Position numbers and translations under genes: made by a program. From Patescibacteria group bacterium (GTDB lineage: Bacteria > Patescibacteriota > Patescibacteriia > UBA10025 > JAHIVO01): DNA of 64,000 nucleotides. This document shows, in pieces, positions 48,741-60,399 of this stretch (the stretch's first letter is position 1; each line of letters starts with the position of its first letter). The notes under the pieces are model-generated. The model was not told the DNA's origin. It ran no database searches and saw only the letters and a list, made by a program, of their open reading frames with translations. Location of the stretch: positions 462,879-526,878 of the forward strand of contig JBAZWB010000001.1 in the NCBI GenBank assembly GCA_041660605.1, read 5' to 3'.

Positions 48741-49157
48741 ATGTCACTCTCGATTTCTGGGCCTTTGTCAACATCTGAAGTAGCCCAACCAGTTGGTAGC
48801 TATTCACAGGCTTGGGTTGTCCCATCAAATTGCACCTTGGTTTTTTTAGCCGGTCAACTGGCTATGAATCAGGATGGGTCGATGATTGATCCGGCCTGTG
48901 CCATTGAAGAGGAAGTGGAACTGGCCGTAATCAATGTCATACGTCTGGCTGAAGCATCTGGCGGAAGTAAAGAGGATATTTGCCGCATCGAATTGATTGT
49001 TGCTTGCGATTTTGGCTTGATGCCGAGAATTGATGCCGCTTATGCTAAGGTTTTCGGCAAACGCTTTCCGCCACGCGTCGCTTACCAGGTAGCAGGTCTT
49101 GCCAGGAAAGCTCGCGTTGAAGTTGTGGGCATAGTTGCCATTCCGGACAAGAAATGA
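48741..49157 (+). CDS. RidA/YjgF family protein
   Basis: PVGSYSQA ... PRVAYQVAGL ... VEVVGIVAIP matches the RidA pattern. Confidence 0.75.
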   Translation: MSLSISGPLSTSEVAQPVGSYSQAWVVPSNCTLVFLAGQLAMNQDGSMIDPACAIEEEVELAVINVIRLAEASGGSKEDICRIELIVACDFGLMPRIDAAYAKVFGKRFPPRVAYQVAGLARKARVEVVGIVAIPDKK

Positions 49158-49184
49158 TTCCGGTTCAAGCTTAAACCTAAGCTA

Positions 49185-49230
49185 ACCGTTCGTCTGTTGC
49201 ATGTTGCAGCAGCGAACGGTTTTTTTATTG
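49185..49230 (+). terminator. rho-independent terminator
   Basis: AACCGTTCG...CGAACGGTT + TTTTTTATT. Confidence 0.6.
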
Positions 49231-49321
49231 TATTTAGCAAACTAATAATAAAATGGCACGATTGCGGAGATATCAAAAAAAGTGTAAAATATACTTTACG
49301 TAAATAATTAATAAAATCAAT

Positions 49322-51352
49322 ATGATTGAATTTAAAAACGTCAAAAAAGAGTACCATTTAGAAGACCAGATTGTGCACGCACTCGCCGGCGTTTCAGCGA
49401 CGATCAAAGACGGAGAATTTGTCGTCATCCTCGGCCCTTCAGGCAGCGGCAAGTCAACATTCCTGCATCTTCTCTGCGGCATGGACAGGCCGACGTCGGG
49501 AAAGGTATTCATACATAATCAGGACTTAAGTGAAATGAAATCTAACCAGCTGGCTGCCTACCGGCGCCAGAACGTGGGCATGATTTTCCAGCAGTACCAG
49601 CTAGTAAATACAATGAGCGTGCATGATAATATCGCCCTGCCGCTTAAGCTGGCGGGAGTGGGCGACCGTGAAGCGGATAATGCCGTAGCGGAGGTGGTTA
49701 AAATGGTCGGCCTGATCAGCCGGATGAAGAGCACGCCGGCCAAGCTATCCGGCGGGCAGCAACAGCGGGTGGCCATTGCCCGGGCGCTGATTACTAATCC
49801 CAGCGTTATCGCCTGTGACGAGCCGACCGGCAATCTGGACACGAAGACCGGCGATGAGATCATGGAAATAATAGAGAAGCTGCACCAGCACGGAAAAACG
49901 ATCATTATGGTGACGCATAATGACAGATATATCAAATACGCGGATCGGGTCATTACTATGCTGGATGGGGCGGTGGTGAAGAACGAGGAAATCAAGCGTT
50001 TGACTGAACAAAAACCAGGTTCAACAGGACGTGTCGGCATTTTAAGCACTTTGTCCAACCTTAAAATGGCCCTTAAGAATTTACGCCGCCGGAAACTGCG
50101 TTTTTTCCTGACCTCCTTCGGCATCGCCATCGGCGCGATGGCTATTGTGATTTTGGTGGCCTTCGCCGCTAGCTTGCAGAAATCAACCACCGACCAGCTC
50201 GGCACTTTTATCCAGGCAGAGGAGATTACTGTTTCCGGCGATAGTTCTTCCGGCCAGATGTCTTTCCAGATGGGGCCATCATACGTAAAAAAAGATATTA
50301 AGCCATTGAATGATGCGACTATTGAAGAACTTCGCGGTATTGAACATGTGTCTGCTGTATTTCCGAAGATATCGCTTGGTGGTGAAATTCTAGTTGACGG
50401 CAAGAGCGCGATTTTTTTTGGTCAGGCCCAGCCGCCTGTGGCCTATATGAATGCTTCGCCAAAAGACCAGGTTAAGTTTGGACGGTATCTGGAGACAGAT
50501 GATGAACAGTCAATCGTGATACCGGCGGCGATGGCGACAGCGCTTGGGTTTACCGATATTTCACAGGCCGTAGGCAAGCAAGCAGTTTTAAAGGATTTTA
50601 CGCTCGGCGGATATGCAGAGGGAGGAAACGGACAAGCGCAGCGTGAAGTAACCCAGAAAGAATTCACTGTTACAATCGTGGGGGTGTTTGCAGCGGAGAC
50701 TACCTCTTTTCAGGCGAGCAACGCAGCGCTTCCGGACGGAACCGCGATTGCCATGCTTAAGGGTCTTTATTCAACCGAGGTGTCAAAAGCAGTGCCATCG
50801 CTGTATGATTCAGTAACCGTACGCGCCGATGGAAGCGGGACAGTCAATACTGTCCAGGCTGCTATCAAAGCGAAAGGATATGGGGCTGAGACTCTCGGCG
50901 ACATCGTCAAATCAATTGCCAAAGTTTATGCCATTATGCAGGCGGTGCTTGGCGTGCTTGGCGGCATCGCCCTGCTTGTCGCTTCGCTTGGCGTAGCCAA
51001 TACGATGTTTATGGCGGTGCTTGAGCGCACCAAGGAAATCGGTATTTTGAAAGCGCTTGGCGCCCGTGATCGCGATGTACGGAAACTCTTCACCTATGAA
51101 GCGGCGGTCATCGGATTTTTTGGCGGTATCGTCGGCCTGCTCTTCGGATATGTCGGGACGCTGGTTATCGGGCAAATCGTTTCCTACTATACAAATAAAA
51201 ATGGTGGCGGTGATTTCCTGACCGTCGGCGTGCCGTGGTGGCTAGGGCTCGGTGCCGTAGTTTTCTCCATACTCTTCTCATCGCTGGCCGGGTTTTTTCC
51301 GGCTCGTCGCGCGGCCCGGCTTGATCCTGTCGTCGCCTTGCGGGAGGAGTAA
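49322..51352 (+). CDS. fused ABC transporter ATPase + FtsX-like permease (MacB-like)
   Basis: Walker [31 protein letters not shown]-terminal four-TM FtsX domain. Confidence 0.8.
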   Translation: MIEFKNVKKEYHLEDQIVHALAGVSATIKDGEFVVILGPSGSGKSTFLHLLCGMDRPTSGKVFIHNQDLSEMKSNQLAAYRRQNVGMIFQQYQLVNTMSVHDNIALPLKLAGVGDREADNAVAEVVKMVGLISRMKSTPAKLSGGQQQRVAIARALITNPSVIACDEPTGNLDTKTGDEIMEIIEKLHQHGKTIIMVTHNDRYIKYADRVITMLDGAVVKNEEIKRLTEQKPGSTGRVGILSTLSNLKMALKNLRRRKLRFFLTSFGIAIGAMAIVILVAFAASLQKSTTDQLGTFIQAEEITVSGDSSSGQMSFQMGPSYVKKDIKPLNDATIEELRGIEHVSAVFPKISLGGEILVDGKSAIFFGQAQPPVAYMNASPKDQVKFGRYLETDDEQSIVIPAAMATALGFTDISQAVGKQAVLKDFTLGGYAEGGNGQAQREVTQKEFTVTIVGVFAAETTSFQASNAALPDGTAIAMLKGLYSTEVSKAVPSLYDSVTVRADGSGTVNTVQAAIKAKGYGAETLGDIVKSIAKVYAIMQAVLGVLGGIALLVASLGVANTMFMAVLERTKEIGILKALGARDRDVRKLFTYEAAVIGFFGGIVGLLFGYVGTLVIGQIVSYYTNKNGGGDFLTVGVPWWLGLGAVVFSILFSSLAGFFPARRAARLDPVVALREE

Positions 51353-51365
51353 AAATATTAATAAT

Positions 51366-51412
51366 AATTTCAAATATAAAAAAGAGCGCACTCGGACAGC
51401 CGGGTGCGCTTT
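51366..51412 (+). terminator. rho-independent terminator
   Basis: GAGCGCACTCGGACAGCCGGGTGCGCTTT. Confidence 0.5.
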
Positions 51413-51507
51413 ATGATTATCTTCTTTAATAGTTTGCATTTTCTGTTATAATTAAAATATCCCAATTAACCCGTTATAATTTAAAGCAGGGGATTAATAT
51501 ATTATTT

Positions 51508-52080
51508 ATGTCATCATTTAATCTGGCAATAATTGATTTAATGTCGGTCTTAACCATCGTTGGGCAAGTCTTTATTTTATTCTGCCTAGTAGCTGGAATG
51601 TTGGCATTATACAGACGAAAACAGTGGAAAGCTATCAGGGATTTTATTGGTCAGCAGGCCATTATCCTGGCATTATTAATAACTTTTGCCTCTGTGGTAG
51701 GCAGCCTATTCCTATCCGAGGCAGCCAAACTCGAGCCCTGCAAGCTTTGTTGGCTGGCACGCATCGCGATGTTTCCTATGCTGATTATTTTTTCCGTCGC
51801 CTGGTGGAAAAAAGATAAAATTGCCGCCTATTACGGTATAATCCTTTCTGCTTTGGGCGTAATTATAACCGCCTATAATATTTATTTGCAGACTTTCAAA
51901 CCAGCTTCTGGTTTTTGTTCATTGTCATCATTGGGCGTTTCCTGCGAAGACGTCATAATACAGCGGTTCGGATATATTTCCATCCCAGTTATGGGGCTAA
52001 CCGCTTTTATTATGATATTATTGCTGATGCTCTTCAATCTGGCATATCAGCGGGAACGCCGCAAATTTATTATACAGTAA
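51508..52080 (+). CDS. disulfide bond formation protein B (DsbB/BdbC family)
   Basis: EPCKLCWLARIAMFP and ISIPVMGLTAF closely match BdbC; second Cys pair FCSLSSLGVSC. Confidence 0.75.
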   Translation: MSSFNLAIIDLMSVLTIVGQVFILFCLVAGMLALYRRKQWKAIRDFIGQQAIILALLITFASVVGSLFLSEAAKLEPCKLCWLARIAMFPMLIIFSVAWWKKDKIAAYYGIILSALGVIITAYNIYLQTFKPASGFCSLSSLGVSCEDVIIQRFGYISIPVMGLTAFIMILLLMLFNLAYQRERRKFIIQ

Positions 52081-52112
52081 ACAGCAAAGCGATTCTTCAT
52101 TTTTTTGACATT

Positions 52113-52319
52113 TTATTTTTTTCTCGGTATATAAACGTTTTCGGCATACATCAGCTCTTCCAAAGCGATATCGAGTCCATCTACCTTTGGTTTGCGGAGC
52201 AGTTCGGCTTTAAACCTTGACCATTGATAACGGCCAGCCGGTTTGTTTTGCCTTTTGTTAAATATGCCGTCGACAAATTCTTTTGGCTGGTAAGCGGAAT
52301 ATGTTTTTTGCGTGATCAT
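52113..52319 (-). CDS. small hypothetical protein
   Basis: ORF only. Confidence 0.3.
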   Translation of the reverse strand: MITQKTYSAYQPKEFVDGIFNKRQNKPAGRYQWSRFKAELLRKPKVDGLDIALEELMYAENVYIPRKK

Positions 52320-52345
52320 ATATAATTTAGTTTATAGATAATTAT

Positions 52346-52690
52346 TTAATTCGCTATATTCAGTCGGTTGCGCACACTGGACATTCCGACTACCCGTAGA
52401 GCGGTATTATACGCCTCTAAAAATGCGTTTCTATCCGGGACCTCTCCATGCAGCGTAACTTTACCGTCGTCAACTAAAATATTGATTTTAGCATTACGCG
52501 GTAATTGATAATTGTTGTCAAAAGCGGTAACCAGTTTTTTCGCGGTTATGACGTCGAAAAAATGGCCGACAATCCTCCGTCCGATGTTCAGGTTACTGAC
52601 ATCCGCTTTAGCATGATGCCCATCGGTCAAATCGTTGGTTTTTTCGCGGTTTATTACAGTAGTAAATTGATTAAAGTTGCTTGTGTTCAT
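52346..52690 (-). CDS. BON domain protein
   Basis: VDDGKVTLHGEV ... SVRNRL pattern. Confidence 0.6.
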   Translation of the reverse strand: MNTSNFNQFTTVINREKTNDLTDGHHAKADVSNLNIGRRIVGHFFDVITAKKLVTAFDNNYQLPRNAKINILVDDGKVTLHGEVPDRNAFLEAYNTALRVVGMSSVRNRLNIAN

Positions 52691-52725
52691 ATATTTATTG
52701 CACCTCTTTAATATTAAATGGTTAA

Positions 52726-53025
52726 TTATAAATTCGTTGTTGGTTCTTTTCTCTCACGTATTAACGTTTTTACCAGCACAAAATCAAGTGAAGCCACGAT
52801 CGGCAGGGAAAATAGCGCGATCCAGATTGTTTTAATGAATGTTCCCAGCTGTCTAGCGCTATCAATTAAGAAAAATCGAAATATTACTGCCAATGAGGCC
52901 AGTGCAGCTCTAAAAAATTCCAATAGGTAGGATGGTCTGCTGATCGCAAGTGCAAAAAAATTACCTTTGTTTGTATCTATTTGGCTAATGTTTGACTGTT
53001 TTTGCGCTATGGTGTTGGAAATCAT
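52726..53025 (-). CDS. small membrane protein
   Basis: Two TM helices. Confidence 0.3.
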   Translation of the reverse strand: MISNTIAQKQSNISQIDTNKGNFFALAISRPSYLLEFFRAALASLAVIFRFFLIDSARQLGTFIKTIWIALFSLPIVASLDFVLVKTLIRERKEPTTNL

Positions 53026-53209
53026 TTTATTATATTTTATTATTAATAGTGTATTTGATTGTGGACAATTTTTAAGCCTGGTTTTCCCTACGTTTTTAAA
53101 TAAATTGCCTTTTTGCCATTAGATGACTTAACTATAGCGGTCTTATATTAAATTTATATTAAGACCTGATAGCTTGTTATTTATGGCTTAGAATACTATA
53201 ATTATTCAT

Positions 53210-53881
53210 ATGAAAATATTAATTATCGAGGATCAAGAAAATTTAGCCAACCTAATAAAAGACGGCCTGAACGCCGAAGGCTTTACTGCCGATATTGTAT
53301 TTGATGGCGAGGCTGGTTTGTCGCGCATTGAGTTCCACCATGCCAGCTATGATCTTATCATTCTGGACATAATGCTGCCGAAAAAAGACGGTTTTGAAGT
53401 ATGCCGCGAAACTAGGGCTGATAATATTATGACGCCGATTTTAATATTAACCTCCAAAGACAGTCCGGATGACGTGATAAAAGGCCTGAATGCCGGAGCA
53501 GACGATTATCTGATTAAGCCATTTTCCTTTGAAGTATTATTAGCCAGGATAAAAGCTATCCTCAGGCGTCCGAAGGAAACCCTGCCCCCGGAATTAAAAA
53601 TACGCGATATACGATTAAATCCGACAACCCGCGAAGTTGTAAAAGATGGCAAGAAAATCGCTTTGACATTGAAAGAATTCAGTTTGCTTGAGTATCTGAT
53701 GCGGCACAAGAACCAGGCGGTCAATCGCGAACAGATTATCTCAAATCTCTGGGATTTTGCTTTTGATTCCTTTTCCAATATCGTGGACGTGCACGTCACT
53801 AATTTACGAAAAAAATTGGGTGATACAAAAGCCACCGTGATTGAGACGGTGCGCGGCATAGGATATCGTTTGAACGAATAA
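53210..53881 (+). CDS. OmpR-family response regulator
   Basis: Receiver domain (D at DLIILDIMLP) plus winged-helix C-terminal domain. Confidence 0.85.
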   Translation: MKILIIEDQENLANLIKDGLNAEGFTADIVFDGEAGLSRIEFHHASYDLIILDIMLPKKDGFEVCRETRADNIMTPILILTSKDSPDDVIKGLNAGADDYLIKPFSFEVLLARIKAILRRPKETLPPELKIRDIRLNPTTREVVKDGKKIALTLKEFSLLEYLMRHKNQAVNREQIISNLWDFAFDSFSNIVDVHVTNLRKKLGDTKATVIETVRGIGYRLNE

Positions 53882-53899
53882 ACCTGATTACAATAGGTC

Positions 53900-55828
53900 T
53901 TATAACGGCGCCGACGGTGGTTGCACCGTTTTTTTGTCTTCCAGCGGCAGGCTGACGAAAAATGTCGTGCCCTGACCGGCTATTGAGCTAAACCAAATCC
54001 GTCCGCCGAAATGGTCTGCAATTTTTTTGATCATATATAAACCTAATCCGTTCCCGTCAGGGGTTAATTCTTTAGAAATGCTGGTGCGGAACGATTTGGA
54101 AAAGATATTTTTTTTATCTTTGTCGGGTATGCCGATGCCCGTATCCGTGACGCTGGCTGTCAGCTCGTTATTTTTTTTGTGAATACTGACGGTGATGCGG
54201 CCGTTTGCCGGCGTGTAATGGATGGCATTACTCAGCAGATTTTCGAAAATTATTTTTAAAGCATTTTTATCCCAGTTTAACACCGGCATTTGATGGTCAT
54301 AATCAGTGCATAAAACCAGTTTTTTTCTGCTGATTTGGCCTGTCAGCTCACCAAGAAGAGCATTTACTAAATCAATGATATTTATTTTTTCAGGCTTAAA
54401 AGGCAAGTTACCCAATTCAACCCGTGAAACATTCAGCAAAGTTCTGATCAATTCTGACATACCCTGCGATGAGCGGTAAATTTCTTCCAGATATTTTTTC
54501 TGGCGTTCATCGGTGGCACCGGCTATCTGGCGCAAAAGCAATTCCGCAGAAAGGCTGATTGAGGCCAGCGGAGTACGCAATTGGTGGGAAGCCAGGGAGA
54601 CGAATTCATCTTTGGCGCGTTCAATTTCCTTAGCTTTGGTTATATCTCTGATAAAGGCCAGGCCACCGGCAATTTTACCGTTTTCGTCCGTTAATGGTCG
54701 GTAATAGCCCTCGAAATAGCCTTGTTTTCCTGTTGTAGGAATATAAAAAGGCCGGTTGGTGGTATGCACTTGTTTTCCAGCCAGCGGTTCTTTTAATTTT
54801 GATTCTTCTCCGATTTCCCGCAAATATGGCAGAAGCTCGGAAGCCTGACGATCAAGAGCGTCCTTTTCTTTAATACCAGTTATGCGTTCCATGCTGGGGT
54901 TCCAGAGAGTAATGCGTAATTCCTTGTCATAAGCCAATATGGCATCAGCGCTGTTATTGATAATTGTCCTGGTAAAATCCTTTTGGCGTCTTTGCCAGCG
55001 TTCGCTGTTTCGCAGATTTCTGAACATCAGACGATAAGGGTCCATCAAAGCTATCTGCACCATTCCTACGTACAGTAAAAAAATAGAAACCATATAAGTC
55101 AGGTGGCCAAGCAGGTTAAATATATCATAGACTGTAAAATAGTTAATGAAGAAAATTTCAGAAATTACAGAGAAGCCCAGTGACCACATTATCAGCTGAC
55201 GAACGGTTTTATCGAATCTATCCTTTTTTAAATATACTAATAATAATGACAAGGCAAATGCTCCAATGACAACGTATTCACTTATAATCTTAAAATCAGT
55301 CAGGCCGCGTTCTGCCAGATAGGCATCAGGGAATATATGCCAGCTGAATATTGACATTAATAGCACCAGAAAAACTAAGAAATATATGATGAAGGTCAGA
55401 CTCCATTTTATTTTTTTACCGATAAATAGCGTGGCTGTCAGAAAGGTGAAGCTAAAAATAAAACGGCTGGCTACCCAAAGCTGAGTGGCCAGATTGGCGT
55501 CTCCGCCGGTATTAATAATATTTACTCCTTTGTAAGCGAAGGAATGAATAATAGTCAAAGCGCCGGTGAAAAGGCAGGCGATCCCGATAAGAAGAAAATA
55601 GTCATTCTCCAAAAAATGCCTGGCGTTCCAGGCGACTATAAAAATTGCCAGACTAAGCAGGGCAATAACGAATTCCACCAAGGTGTGAAATAAAATATAA
55701 CTGTAAAAGCTGGTGGCAAAAAGCAAAAGCAATAAAATACTGATCTGCAAAATTATCGAATTCTTATTAACGAATTCAAGTTGCGCTACCTGAGGTGTTG
55801 GCTGTCTTTTTAGTATTTGCTGGATCAT
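53900..55828 (-). CDS. sensor histidine kinase (multi-TM sensor, PAS, HisKA, HATPase)
   Basis: H-box HQLRTPLASI, N-box NLLSNAIHYT, G1 DTGIGI, G2 GNGLGL; convergent with the response regulator. Confidence 0.85.
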   Translation of the reverse strand: MIQQILKRQPTPQVAQLEFVNKNSIILQISILLLLLFATSFYSYILFHTLVEFVIALLSLAIFIVAWNARHFLENDYFLLIGIACLFTGALTIIHSFAYKGVNIINTGGDANLATQLWVASRFIFSFTFLTATLFIGKKIKWSLTFIIYFLVFLVLLMSIFSWHIFPDAYLAERGLTDFKIISEYVVIGAFALSLLLVYLKKDRFDKTVRQLIMWSLGFSVISEIFFINYFTVYDIFNLLGHLTYMVSIFLLYVGMVQIALMDPYRLMFRNLRNSERWQRRQKDFTRTIINNSADAILAYDKELRITLWNPSMERITGIKEKDALDRQASELLPYLREIGEESKLKEPLAGKQVHTTNRPFYIPTTGKQGYFEGYYRPLTDENGKIAGGLAFIRDITKAKEIERAKDEFVSLASHQLRTPLASISLSAELLLRQIAGATDERQKKYLEEIYRSSQGMSELIRTLLNVSRVELGNLPFKPEKINIIDLVNALLGELTGQISRKKLVLCTDYDHQMPVLNWDKNALKIIFENLLSNAIHYTPANGRITVSIHKKNNELTASVTDTGIGIPDKDKKNIFSKSFRTSISKELTPDGNGLGLYMIKKIADHFGGRIWFSSIAGQGTTFFVSLPLEDKKTVQPPSAPL

Positions 55829-56031
55829 AAGTTTTATGATTTTTTTAAATAAGTTACGAGAATATTATCACCCAATTAAGTAAAAATGGCAAGTGATTCC
55901 TCTCAAAGAATTTATATCAATTAGCATTTATATTTTTTAATGGTTTTTTCTGAATAATTTTAATATTTACGCGCATCTCGTAATTTAATTGAAAATCTGA
56001 TAAAATACAATCAATCATTTTTAGACTTATT

Positions 56032-56511
56032 ATGCTAAAATTAGCATTATTTTCTTTAATCAAATTTCCCGGCTTGGCAGCCAGTTCGATTCGTTTAAGG
56101 CGGGAACGGTTGGGGAAAATATTTAAAATTGATCAGGCGGGCAGTTATAAGGTATTCAGGGAAACAGTAAGTCTCAAGCCGAACGGGGGATCGACAGTTA
56201 CTCTGGTTATCGGTTTTCGCCTGAAAATCATCGGCGCTATTAATTTGCTCCACTGGTTTTTCCAGCGGGTTTGCGTATTGACTACGCCTTTTTGGTGCGG
56301 TTTTGCGGGATTTAAAGTAAAGCTCTGGATGGTTGATCCAGTGAGCAAGAATTATATGGGCATTTATGAATGGCTGGGCGCAGATAATTCCGAAAAGTAC
56401 ATAAATTTTTTACTGCCAATATTGAAGTTTTTTTCGGTACATAAGTCCGTTTGGTATAAAAGCGTTAAAATTTCCTTGAATGATTATCTGCAATTCAAAG
56501 AGCATAATTAG
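56032..56511 (+). CDS. hypothetical protein
   Basis: ORF only. Confidence 0.35.
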   Translation: MLKLALFSLIKFPGLAASSIRLRRERLGKIFKIDQAGSYKVFRETVSLKPNGGSTVTLVIGFRLKIIGAINLLHWFFQRVCVLTTPFWCGFAGFKVKLWMVDPVSKNYMGIYEWLGADNSEKYINFLLPILKFFSVHKSVWYKSVKISLNDYLQFKEHN

Positions 56512-56525
56512 TATTAAATATTTTT

Positions 56526-57524
56526 ATGAATTTAGATAAATTAAACTTACTTCTCCAGGAACAAAAACCTTACCGCATTAAGCAGGCAAAGAAAGCCATT
56601 TATCAGGAATTTATTTCCGATTGGGAACAGGCAACAACCTTACCGCTTGATTTACGGCAAAGACTACAGGCAGTCTGCTCGCTGGAAATAAAAGCCACAG
56701 AAAAAATTTCTGTCGGCGGCCAAACTATTAAAGCTCTGATTAAACTGGACGATGTCGTAAATATTGAGACAGTCCTGATGCGCCATAACGACGGCCGCAA
56801 TACCGTCTGCGTTTCCTCCCAGGCCGGTTGTCCGGTGGGCTGTATTTTTTGCGCTACCGGAGCCATGGGTTTTCAGCGTAATTTAAACGCCACTGAAATA
56901 ATTGAACAGGTGATTTATTTTGCCAGGATTTTGAAGGCAAACAACGAAAAAGTAACCAATGTAGTTTTTATGGGCATGGGGGAGCCTTTTCTGAATTACG
57001 AAAATGTCATCGCGGCCATCAGGATTTTAAATGATCCTGAAGCTTTTAATCTTGGTGCGCGGAAAATATCAGTTTCCACGTCCGGCATCGTGCCGGGCAT
57101 TGAAAAATTCGCCAAAGAAAATTTCCAGGTAAATTTGGCTATCTCCCTGCACGCACCGAATGACAAATTGCGCTCGCGGCTGATGCCTATCAATGAAACT
57201 TATTCAATAGAAGATTTATTGTCAGCGGTAAATAAATATTTGCAGAATAACCCGAGAAGGGTGATGTTTGAATATTTAATGATCAGCGGCATTAATGATT
57301 CGGAAAAATGTGCCAGAGAATTAGCTGAGTTGCTCTCCCATCCGTTATATCTGGTTAATCTCATTAAATACAATAAAACCAGCGGAAAATATCAGTCTTC
57401 GGATAATAAAACCATCAGCCAATTCATGGGCGTTTTGTTAGCCGCCGGAATTCCCACCACCCAGCGTTTCAGTTTCGGCCATGAAATTAACGCCGCCTGC
57501 GGACAGTTAGCTGGTCAGCGGTAA
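56526..57524 (+). CDS. rlmN: radical SAM 23S rRNA A2503 methyltransferase (RlmN/Cfr family)
   Basis: CVSSQAGCPVGCIFCATG radical-SAM cluster, GMGEP, C-terminal CGQL. Confidence 0.8.
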   Translation: MNLDKLNLLLQEQKPYRIKQAKKAIYQEFISDWEQATTLPLDLRQRLQAVCSLEIKATEKISVGGQTIKALIKLDDVVNIETVLMRHNDGRNTVCVSSQAGCPVGCIFCATGAMGFQRNLNATEIIEQVIYFARILKANNEKVTNVVFMGMGEPFLNYENVIAAIRILNDPEAFNLGARKISVSTSGIVPGIEKFAKENFQVNLAISLHAPNDKLRSRLMPINETYSIEDLLSAVNKYLQNNPRRVMFEYLMISGINDSEKCARELAELLSHPLYLVNLIKYNKTSGKYQSSDNKTISQFMGVLLAAGIPTTQRFSFGHEINAACGQLAGQR

Positions 57525-57638
57525 TAAAAATCACAGCGCTATAAATAATATTATCGTGCTTTTTTGGTTGACTTTCAACAAGAAAATTTATATAATGGCT
57601 AAATTAACCAAAACAAAAGAGGAAAACTGGAGGGATTA

Positions 57639-58247
57639 ATGAAAAAGTACCTTTTCATCGCGGCTATTATTTTGGCCATTGTTATTATCGGCTGTAATCA
57701 GCGGACGGCAGATCCAAATGTGGAGAAAATTCTGGCAGTTGTCTCTGAAATGCCTCATCAGCTTTCGTTCAGCCGTGAGTTTCAGGATACCATTATGGAT
57801 TTTGTCCGCAGAATCAAGGTAACCGTTGCCGTGGATGTCGTTTTGGACACTATGTTTGCCAAGAAGCACGTCAGTGTTTTCTATGCCGTTTCCGAACTTG
57901 ACGGCTACGCACAATGCGTTTATGAAAATGGCAATTTGCTCGGGTGTCCGACTTACGATAAAATACCGCTCTCACTGGAGCAAGGCCTGATGCCAGATTC
58001 TGTCAAATTGCCGATGGATGCCTGGATTTATTGCATGACTGTCAGCGCATATAGCGCTGTAAAGAATGCGCAAGAGACGTGGGAGCGACTAGAGTCATAT
58101 ACTTCCAATGAATATGAAATTGCGTGTAGAGCAGATTTCGTGCTTCACGAAAATAACAGGCAGTTTAACTATGCGACTGATTATGGTTCAGTAACCGTTT
58201 GGATCGAATTTGACTATGATCAGCAGCAGCGCATGGATGTAATTTGA
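57639..58247 (+). CDS. lipoprotein, unknown function
   Basis: Lipobox IIGCNQ. Confidence 0.45.
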   Translation: MKKYLFIAAIILAIVIIGCNQRTADPNVEKILAVVSEMPHQLSFSREFQDTIMDFVRRIKVTVAVDVVLDTMFAKKHVSVFYAVSELDGYAQCVYENGNLLGCPTYDKIPLSLEQGLMPDSVKLPMDAWIYCMTVSAYSAVKNAQETWERLESYTSNEYEIACRADFVLHENNRQFNYATDYGSVTVWIEFDYDQQQRMDVI

Positions 58248-58392
58248 CTGGCACAACGGGAAGACCAAGGCACGCCTCTTAATTATTAAGAGAAACGGCC
58301 TTTTTTATTTTAGTTAATATTCATTTAATTTGAAAATCATAGGTTGAATATATAAAAATAGATTTATAATGAAATAATAGTATAATAAGATT

Positions 58393-59019
58393 ATGCAAAA
58401 CATCCCGAATAAATTAGCAAAATCAGGAAGCTGGTATTTTAGAATTGCCACGCTGATTGCGGCTGCGATGTTTTTTATCGTATTAGTACTGATCGCCCAC
58501 ACGCGTCACTTAAGCAGTGCGGAAATTTCAATTTTTCATTTTATTAATGGCACATCCATTAATTTAGGTAAAGTTGCCGTAATATTTATGCTGCTTGGTT
58601 CCGCTTTAGGCGCGTTGATGTTTGGCATTTTCAGTATCATTATTAAAAGTAAAAAGCTATTCTACTCAGTGCTCATCGGCAGTATCTTGAGCGGTCTGGT
58701 TACGGAGCTTTTAAAAATTTTGATTAATCGTCCACGGCCTTCAGGTTTGATTGAGAATGTAATTGTCAGAGGAACCGGCATTTCGGATCCGGGATTCCCC
58801 TCAGGCCATACAGCTTTAGCTACGTTTCTTGCACTAGTTACGGCTCCCTTTATTCCAAAAAAATACAGAACATTTTTATGGCTTTACATATTCTTAATTG
58901 CGATTGGCAGGGTTTATATGGGGTTGCATTTTCCTACGGACGTTCTGGGCGGATTTTTTCTTGGTGTAATGATAGCCTTTGCAGTCAGGATTATGATCAG
59001 TAAATTATTTAATAAATAA
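58393..59019 (+). CDS. PAP2 family phosphatase (undecaprenyl-diphosphatase-like)
   Basis: KILINRPRP, PSGH, GRVYMGLHFPTDV motifs. Confidence 0.75.
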   Translation: MQNIPNKLAKSGSWYFRIATLIAAAMFFIVLVLIAHTRHLSSAEISIFHFINGTSINLGKVAVIFMLLGSALGALMFGIFSIIIKSKKLFYSVLIGSILSGLVTELLKILINRPRPSGLIENVIVRGTGISDPGFPSGHTALATFLALVTAPFIPKKYRTFLWLYIFLIAIGRVYMGLHFPTDVLGGFFLGVMIAFAVRIMISKLFNK

Positions 59020-59118
59020 GTTTTCACCATTTACCTTGACTATTTTGCCAAAGATTGTTAAGTTTCATTAAATAAATAAAGAACCTTGATATAAAATCTT
59101 TCACAAACAGGAGGAAAC

Positions 59119-60393
59119 GTGAAACGGTATTTCGGTTTTTTCGCGGTGGTTTTTTCGATTATCCTGATCTCAGCGTCAACTACCCTGGGCCAGAATGGCG
59201 CGGGATTTGTAGTGTACAAGCTGTGGCTGACATCCGAGCACAGCCAGCGCTATTTGGGTGATGCCAAGCTTGGGCCGCTGAACAGGGGAATTATCGACTT
59301 GTCTATTTCCTCAGGCTATTACTCGATGTTTAGCCTGAGACTGACGGTCAATAATTTCAATAACGCTGACATGGAGAAGCTGGAAATCAACAATTCCGAG
59401 AAATCTCTGGGAGTGATGATTCCGGCTGCCCGCTGGCTCAAACTTAAAGGAGTGCTTAACACCTGGATTGATAACAAAGATTCTACCGTAGAAGCCGGTG
59501 GAATGTATGCCGAAGTCAATCCATCGAAGAAAATCCGCCTGGAAACTGGTATGGAAATTTTCTTCAGGCACAATCCGGAAGTTTACTATTTGCTGGCCAG
59601 GTACCAGCCAGCGCAGAAAAAACTACTGTTTAGCCAGTTGTTCGCCGGTTATGCCAAGCGCTACATGCAGGGATCGGATGAAATTCACCGTTTCAATGAT
59701 CGCTGGATTTTTGGCGGCATCATGTCTATCAAAGGCAAACAGCTTGGTCTGGCAGTCAGCAGCCGCGCAGATTCGCTTTCCTGGGATAAGGATACCCGGG
59801 CCTGGACCGTCTCGTTCGGCTGGCCGAAATCGGGTGAAGGCGAGTGGGCGCCGTCGATGTACTACAAATACTGCCTTAAGCCGGGCTCAAGGTATTTTAT
59901 GGGCATGGGCGCTTTGGGCGGTGACGGATTTCCTATTGATGTCATTAATGTGCTGCAGTTTTCTGGATTCCGCTCTTTATTGACTCCAGCTAGGGTAGTG
60001 AATAACCAATCTTTTGACCTCAGGGTGATAAACCAGCGCACTAACGAAAACGGCAGATTTTCTTGGGATCTTTTCTATTTAGGCATTGATATCACCGACC
60101 AGCTTACCAATCACAGTTTTGAGGGTTCAGTGTATTACACAGCCTTAGGCTGGAAATACCGGCGCCTGGTTGATCCAAGTATCGGGTATACATATTCTTA
60201 TATGGAGGACATTACCTTCGATACCAGGAAACATAAACGGGTGAGCCTGGGTCACGCGACGCATGCCGTTAGTCTGGGTATGGGCCTGGCCCGGCCGGTC
60301 AGCAAAGTCAAACTTCTTGACTTCATCGGTTCGGTACATTTCAACCGGGTGGCGCTTGAGGGAGGAGCGCTGAACGCCATTTTCCGGTTTTAA
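59119..60393 (+). CDS. secreted hypothetical protein
   Basis: Signal peptide; beta-rich composition. Confidence 0.4.
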   Translation: MKRYFGFFAVVFSIILISASTTLGQNGAGFVVYKLWLTSEHSQRYLGDAKLGPLNRGIIDLSISSGYYSMFSLRLTVNNFNNADMEKLEINNSEKSLGVMIPAARWLKLKGVLNTWIDNKDSTVEAGGMYAEVNPSKKIRLETGMEIFFRHNPEVYYLLARYQPAQKKLLFSQLFAGYAKRYMQGSDEIHRFNDRWIFGGIMSIKGKQLGLAVSSRADSLSWDKDTRAWTVSFGWPKSGEGEWAPSMYYKYCLKPGSRYFMGMGALGGDGFPIDVINVLQFSGFRSLLTPARVVNNQSFDLRVINQRTNENGRFSWDLFYLGIDITDQLTNHSFEGSVYYTALGWKYRRLVDPSIGYTYSYMEDITFDTRKHKRVSLGHATHAVSLGMGLARPVSKVKLLDFIGSVHFNRVALEGGALNAIFRF

Positions 60394-60399
60394 TCTTTA